From positions 28,235-92,234 of the forward strand of contig CAYFOV010000009.1 in the NCBI GenBank assembly GCA_964344855.1: a stretch of 64,000 bases of DNA, written 5' to 3'. Positions 59,939-64,000 of the stretch are shown here, one piece after another (the first letter of the stretch is position 1; each line of letters opens with the position of its first letter). The translations under genes and the position numbers were made by a program. Source of the stretch: an uncultured Candidatus Nemicrothrix sp. (lineage in GTDB: Bacteria > Actinomycetota > Acidimicrobiia > Acidimicrobiales > MedAcidi-G1). The notes beneath the pieces are model-generated. The model saw only the letters and a program-made list of their open reading frames with translations. It searched no databases and was not told where the DNA came from.

Positions 59939-60031
59939 TGGGTGGATGGCGGCGACGAGTCCGGTGGTGGTCCCGCCCGGTCATGGGTCACAGGCCCCCC
60001 CGGCCCGCGGGTGCTCACCTACCATCTGCGC

Positions 60032-61495
60032 ATGTCGGATGGGGAGGCGCCCGCACGGGGCGTGGGGCCGGTGGCATCGGAGGCGGCTGGTCCCGGGGGC
60101 TGGACGGACCTCGCCGAGGCTTCCATCGGTGGTCGCCCCCTGGGTTCGCTGGACACCGCCGTCGAGGGGCTCGGGGTCAGGGTCCTCTACCGGGCCGACG
60201 ACCCCGACAGGCCCTCGGCCCCGACAGGCCTGCCAGGGGGCAGCCCCCACACCCGCGGTGGTACGGCGTCGGCCGGCCTGCTCGGCGGTTGGGATCTCCG
60301 CTCTCTGGTGCTCGACCGGGGCCCCGAGGCCGCCAACGCCGCCCTCCTGGAGGAACTGGAGGGTGGGGCCCGGTCGGTCCTGTTGGACCCGGTCGCCATC
60401 GGCATCGAGGATCGTGGCTGTCTCGAGTGTGTCCTGGACGGGGTTCACCTGGAAATTGCGGGTGTGGGGCTGGTCCCCGGTCCCGGGTGGCACGAGGCGG
60501 CCGGCTGGCTTGCTGGCGTCTGGGAGGACCGCGGCGTCCCGGTCACCGACAGGACCGGCGACCTCGGCGCCGACCCGCTGGGGGTGGCCGCCCGGCATGG
60601 TACCCCCGCCGAGGTGGGCGGGTCGCTGGCCCAGCTCGTGGAACGCACATCCGGATCGCCGGGGGTCAGGGCCGTCTGCGTGGACTCCACCCCGTACTCG
60701 GACGCCGGCCTCGGAGCAGCCTGGGAGCTGGCCTGCTCGATGGCAACCGGCGTCGAGTACCTGCGTCGCCTCACCGAGGGCGGGGTTTCCCTCGAGGACG
60801 CCCTCGCCTCGATGTCATTCACCTACTCGGCCACAGCCGACCAGTTCCTCACGATCGCCAGGTTCAGGGCTGCTCGCCGCTGCTGGGACCGGGTTGCCGG
60901 GGCATGCGGGGCCCCCGAGCCCGCCAGGGCCCAGACCCAGCGGGCCATCACCTCAGCCGCGATGCTGAGCCGGCAGGACCCCTGGGTGAACGTGTTGCGC
61001 GCCACCACGGCGGGCTTTGCGGCAGGGGTGGCCGGCGCCGACTCGGTGACCCTCCACCCGTTTGACGCAGCGGCGGGCGTGCCCGACGCCTTCGGCCGGC
61101 GCCTGGCACGCAACACCCAGTTGCTCCTGATGGACGAGAGCGGCCTGGCCCGGGTGCTGGACCCCGCAGGCGGGTCGTGGTACGTGGAGGACCTGACCGA
61201 GCGCCTGGCGGCCGAGGCCTGGGACCTGTTCACCTCGTTGGAGGCCGCCGGCGGGATGGTGGCCGCCCTTGCCGGGGGGCGGCTGGCCGCCGTGGCGGGG
61301 GAGGCATGGGCGGTCCGGCAGGCCCGGCTGGAATCGGGTGAGGAGGTCGTGACGGGTGTGACCCGGTTCCAGGACCCCGAGGAGGAGCCCCTCGTGCGCC
61401 CGGACCTGCCGCCGGCGCCGGACGGCCCGTTCCCGCTGCGCCGGCCGGAGCCCGCAGCGCCTCCAGCAACCGCAGCCGCGGAGGTGCCCCGGTGA
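60032..61495 (+). CDS. mutA: Methylmalonyl-CoA mutase small (beta) subunit
   Basis: Mutase-like fold lacking the B12-binding C-terminus ([39 protein letters not shown]). Its stop overlaps the mutB GTG (GTGA). Confidence 0.75.
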   Translation: MSDGEAPARGVGPVASEAAGPGGWTDLAEASIGGRPLGSLDTAVEGLGVRVLYRADDPDRPSAPTGLPGGSPHTRGGTASAGLLGGWDLRSLVLDRGPEAANAALLEELEGGARSVLLDPVAIGIEDRGCLECVLDGVHLEIAGVGLVPGPGWHEAAGWLAGVWEDRGVPVTDRTGDLGADPLGVAARHGTPAEVGGSLAQLVERTSGSPGVRAVCVDSTPYSDAGLGAAWELACSMATGVEYLRRLTEGGVSLEDALASMSFTYSATADQFLTIARFRAARRCWDRVAGACGAPEPARAQTQRAITSAAMLSRQDPWVNVLRATTAGFAAGVAGADSVTLHPFDAAAGVPDAFGRRLARNTQLLLMDESGLARVLDPAGGSWYVEDLTERLAAEAWDLFTSLEAAGGMVAALAGGRLAAVAGEAWAVRQARLESGEEVVTGVTRFQDPEEEPLVRPDLPPAPDGPFPLRRPEPAAPPATAAAEVPR

Positions 61496-63663
61496 CGATC
61501 CCCGACTTCTCGCGGGTGGACCTGGTCGACCCGGCGGTGGACGGTTCCACCGACCGGCGGAGCACGTGGGAGGTGCGGCTCGGGAGCGAGACGGGCCTGA
61601 GCACCGCCGACCTCACCTGGGACACCCCCGAGGGGATACCGGTGGCGCCCCTCGCCACCGCTGCCGACGTGGACGGCCTGGGGTTCCCCCACACCTGGCC
61701 GGGGCTGCCTCCCTTCGTCAGGGGCCCCTACCCGACCATGTACGCCAGCCGTCCCTGGACCGTCCGCCAGTACGCCGGCTTCTCCACCGCAGAGGAGAGC
61801 AACGCCTTCTACCGCAGGAACCTGGCCGCGGGCCAGAAGGGCCTGTCCGTGGCGTTCGACCTCCCCACCCACCGGGGCTACGACAGCGACCATCCCCGGG
61901 TGGCCGGCGACGTGGGCATGGCCGGGGTGGCCATCGACTCGATCCTCGACATGCGGACCCTCTTCGACGGCATCCCGCTGGACGAGATGAGCGTGTCGAT
62001 GACCATGAACGGGGCGGTCCTGCCCGTGCTGGCCCTGTTCGTGGTGGCGGCCGAGGAGCAGGGCGTGCCGCAGCGGCTCCTGTCGGGGACCATCCAGAAC
62101 GACATCCTCAAGGAGTTCATGGTCCGCAACACCTACATCTACCCGCCGGGCCCCTCCATGCGGATCGTCTCCGACATCCTGGCCCACACCAGCGCCGAGA
62201 TGCCCCGCTTCAACGGCATCTCCATCTCCGGCTACCACATGCAGGAGGCCGGGGCCACAGCCGACCTGGAGCTGGCCTACACGCTCGCTGACGGCGTCGA
62301 GTACGTCAGGGCCGCCCTGGACGCCGGCCTTGGTGTGGACGGCTTCGCCCCCCGGCTCAGCTTCTTCTGGGGGACAGGCATGAACTTCTTCATGGAGGTG
62401 GCCAAGATGAGGGCGGCCCGGCTGCTCTGGTCGGAGCTCATGGAGCAGTTCTCGCCATCGGACCCGCGGTCCATGGCCCTTCGCACCCACTGCCAGACGT
62501 CCGGCTGGAGCCTGACCGCCAGCGACGTCCACAACAACGTGGTCCGTACCTGCCTCGAGGCCATGGCGGCCACCCAGGGAGGCACCCAGTCGTTACACAC
62601 CAACGCCCTCGACGAGGCCCTGGCCCTGCCCACCGACGCATCGGCCCGCATCGCACGCAACACCCAGTTGTTCCTGCAGCACGAGAGCGGCACCTGCCGC
62701 GTCATCGACCCCTGGGGGGGCAGCTACCACGTCGAGCGCCTGACCGCCGACCTGGCCGACCGGGCACGCCAGCACATCGCCGAGGTGGAGCAGACCGGCG
62801 GAATGCGCAGGGCCATCGAGGCCGGAATCCCCAAGCTGCGCATAGAGGAGGCCTCCGCCCGCACGCAGGCGCGCATCGACTCAGGTCGCCAGGTGGTTGT
62901 CGGCGTCAACCGGTTCCGCCCCGAGGCGGAGCCTGAGGTGGAGGTGCGCCGGGTCGACAACGCACGTGTCAGGGCCGACCAGGTGGCCAAGCTGGAACGC
63001 CTACGCGCCGAGCGCGATGGGCAGGCGTGCGCGTCCGCCCTGGACGCCCTGACCGCCTGCGCCGAGCGCGGGCGCGGGAACCTGCTGGCCGCAGCCATCG
63101 AAGCCGCCCGCGCCCGGGCTACCGTCGGCGAGATCAGCGGCGCCCTCGAGAAGGCCTTCGGGCGCCACGTAGCGGAGGTGCACACCGTCTCAGGCGTCTT
63201 CAGCAGCGAGATGGGCGACGGCGGATCCGTGGCCGAGGCGCGCTCGCTGGTGGAGGCCTTCGAGGCCGACCACGGACGCAGGCCCCGCATCCTCGTCGCC
63301 AAGGTTGGACAGGACGGCCACGACCGGGGCCAGAAGGTGATAGCGACGGCCTTCGCGGACCTGGGCTTCGACGTGGACATCGGCCCCCTGTTCGCAACCC
63401 CCGAGGAGGCTGCCAGGCAGGCCGTCGAGAACGACGTGCACGTGGTCGGCGTCAGCTCGCTGGCCGCGGGCCACCTGACCCTCGTCCCGGAGTTGAGGAG
63501 CCACCTGTCCTCGCTGGGGCGCGATGACATCGTCGTGGTGGTGGGTGGCGTGGTCCCACCGCAGGACCACGAGGCCCTGGTAGAGGCCGGGGCTGCCGCC
63601 ATCTTCCCGCCCGGGACCGTCGTTGCCGAGGCCGCCGTGGAGCTGCTCGGGAAGTTGGCATGA
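61492..63663 (+). CDS. mutB: Methylmalonyl-CoA mutase large (alpha) subunit
   Basis: [24 protein letters not shown], and the C-terminal B12-binding DGHDRG motif ([12 protein letters not shown]). 723 aa. Confidence 0.9.
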   Translation: MTIPDFSRVDLVDPAVDGSTDRRSTWEVRLGSETGLSTADLTWDTPEGIPVAPLATAADVDGLGFPHTWPGLPPFVRGPYPTMYASRPWTVRQYAGFSTAEESNAFYRRNLAAGQKGLSVAFDLPTHRGYDSDHPRVAGDVGMAGVAIDSILDMRTLFDGIPLDEMSVSMTMNGAVLPVLALFVVAAEEQGVPQRLLSGTIQNDILKEFMVRNTYIYPPGPSMRIVSDILAHTSAEMPRFNGISISGYHMQEAGATADLELAYTLADGVEYVRAALDAGLGVDGFAPRLSFFWGTGMNFFMEVAKMRAARLLWSELMEQFSPSDPRSMALRTHCQTSGWSLTASDVHNNVVRTCLEAMAATQGGTQSLHTNALDEALALPTDASARIARNTQLFLQHESGTCRVIDPWGGSYHVERLTADLADRARQHIAEVEQTGGMRRAIEAGIPKLRIEEASARTQARIDSGRQVVVGVNRFRPEAEPEVEVRRVDNARVRADQVAKLERLRAERDGQACASALDALTACAERGRGNLLAAAIEAARARATVGEISGALEKAFGRHVAEVHTVSGVFSSEMGDGGSVAEARSLVEAFEADHGRRPRILVAKVGQDGHDRGQKVIATAFADLGFDVDIGPLFATPEEAARQAVENDVHVVGVSSLAAGHLTLVPELRSHLSSLGRDDIVVVVGGVVPPQDHEALVEAGAAAIFPPGTVVAEAAVELLGKLA

Positions 63664-64000
63664 CCGGCGATCCGGTCGCCGAGCCCTCACCGACCAGCGC
63701 AGCCCTCGTCGACGGGGTCCGCAGCGGTGACAGGGCGGCCCTGGGCCGTGCCATCACCCTCCTCGAGTCCAGCCGCGGGGACCACCGCCAGGAGGCCCGC
63801 GAGCTGCTGGCCGCCCTGGCCCCCCACGCGGGCGGCGCCCACAGGGTGGGCGTTACAGGTGTGCCCGGCGTCGGCAAGAGCACGTTCATCGAGGCCCTGG
63901 GCTGCCACCTGACCGCCTCGGGACACCGGGTGGCGGTGCTGGCCGTGGACCCGACCAGTTCGCTGACCGGTGGCAGCATCCTCGGGGACAAGACCCGGAT
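63660..64000 (+). CDS. meaB: Methylmalonyl-CoA mutase-associated GTPase MeaB (ArgK family); 3' end lies outside the window
   Basis: I translated this myself because it is absent from the ORF track (no stop codon in the window): [51 protein letters not shown]. The ATG overlaps the mutB stop (ATGA). Confidence 0.85.
   Translation, partial: MTGDPVAEPSPTSAALVDGVRSGDRAALGRAITLLESSRGDHRQEARELLAALAPHAGGAHRVGVTGVPGVGKSTFIEALGCHLTASGHRVAVLAVDPTSSLTGGSILGDKTR

Overview
High-GC (roughly 70%) chromosomal segment with an Actinobacteria-like gene set: F420/LLM oxidoreductases, a DtxR/IdeR regulator, an ald/Lrp pair, ACT-domain SerB, ClpB and a DUF3516-type helicase. It is densely packed, with about 55 CDS on both strands. 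Many neighbouring genes overlap by ATGA or GTGA, which suggests translational coupling. I found no rRNA, tRNA, transposase, prophage or CRISPR. Long ORFs lying antisense to real genes are treated as high-GC shadow ORFs. Two things stand out. (1) Positions 670-12923 form an apparently complete anaerobic aromatic-ring module. It contains 4-hydroxybenzoyl-CoA reductase-like hcrCAB, the dch/had/oah lower pathway, a convergent four-subunit ATP-dependent (Bzd-type) benzoyl-CoA reductase, and a TetR regulator with a perfect palindrome facing a hemerythrin gene. (2) Two genes are each split by the ORF track at a single in-frame TGA. In both, the TGA falls on the first position of a conserved CxxC-type motif and is followed by a GC-rich hairpin with a GU-containing loop. 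One is an orphan GrdB-family protein (27119-28291). The other is a lipoprotein carrying a DUF3179 domain (39667-41040). I read both as candidate selenoproteins, and the exported DUF3179 case is the most novel signal in the window. The rest is housekeeping or accessory metabolism: an iron ABC transporter next to a DtxR-type regulator, mutA-mutB-meaB, transaminase/omega-amidase, tag-helicase, Dus, Maf, FGE and assorted hydrolases. All family assignments come from reading motifs by eye. No database search was run.
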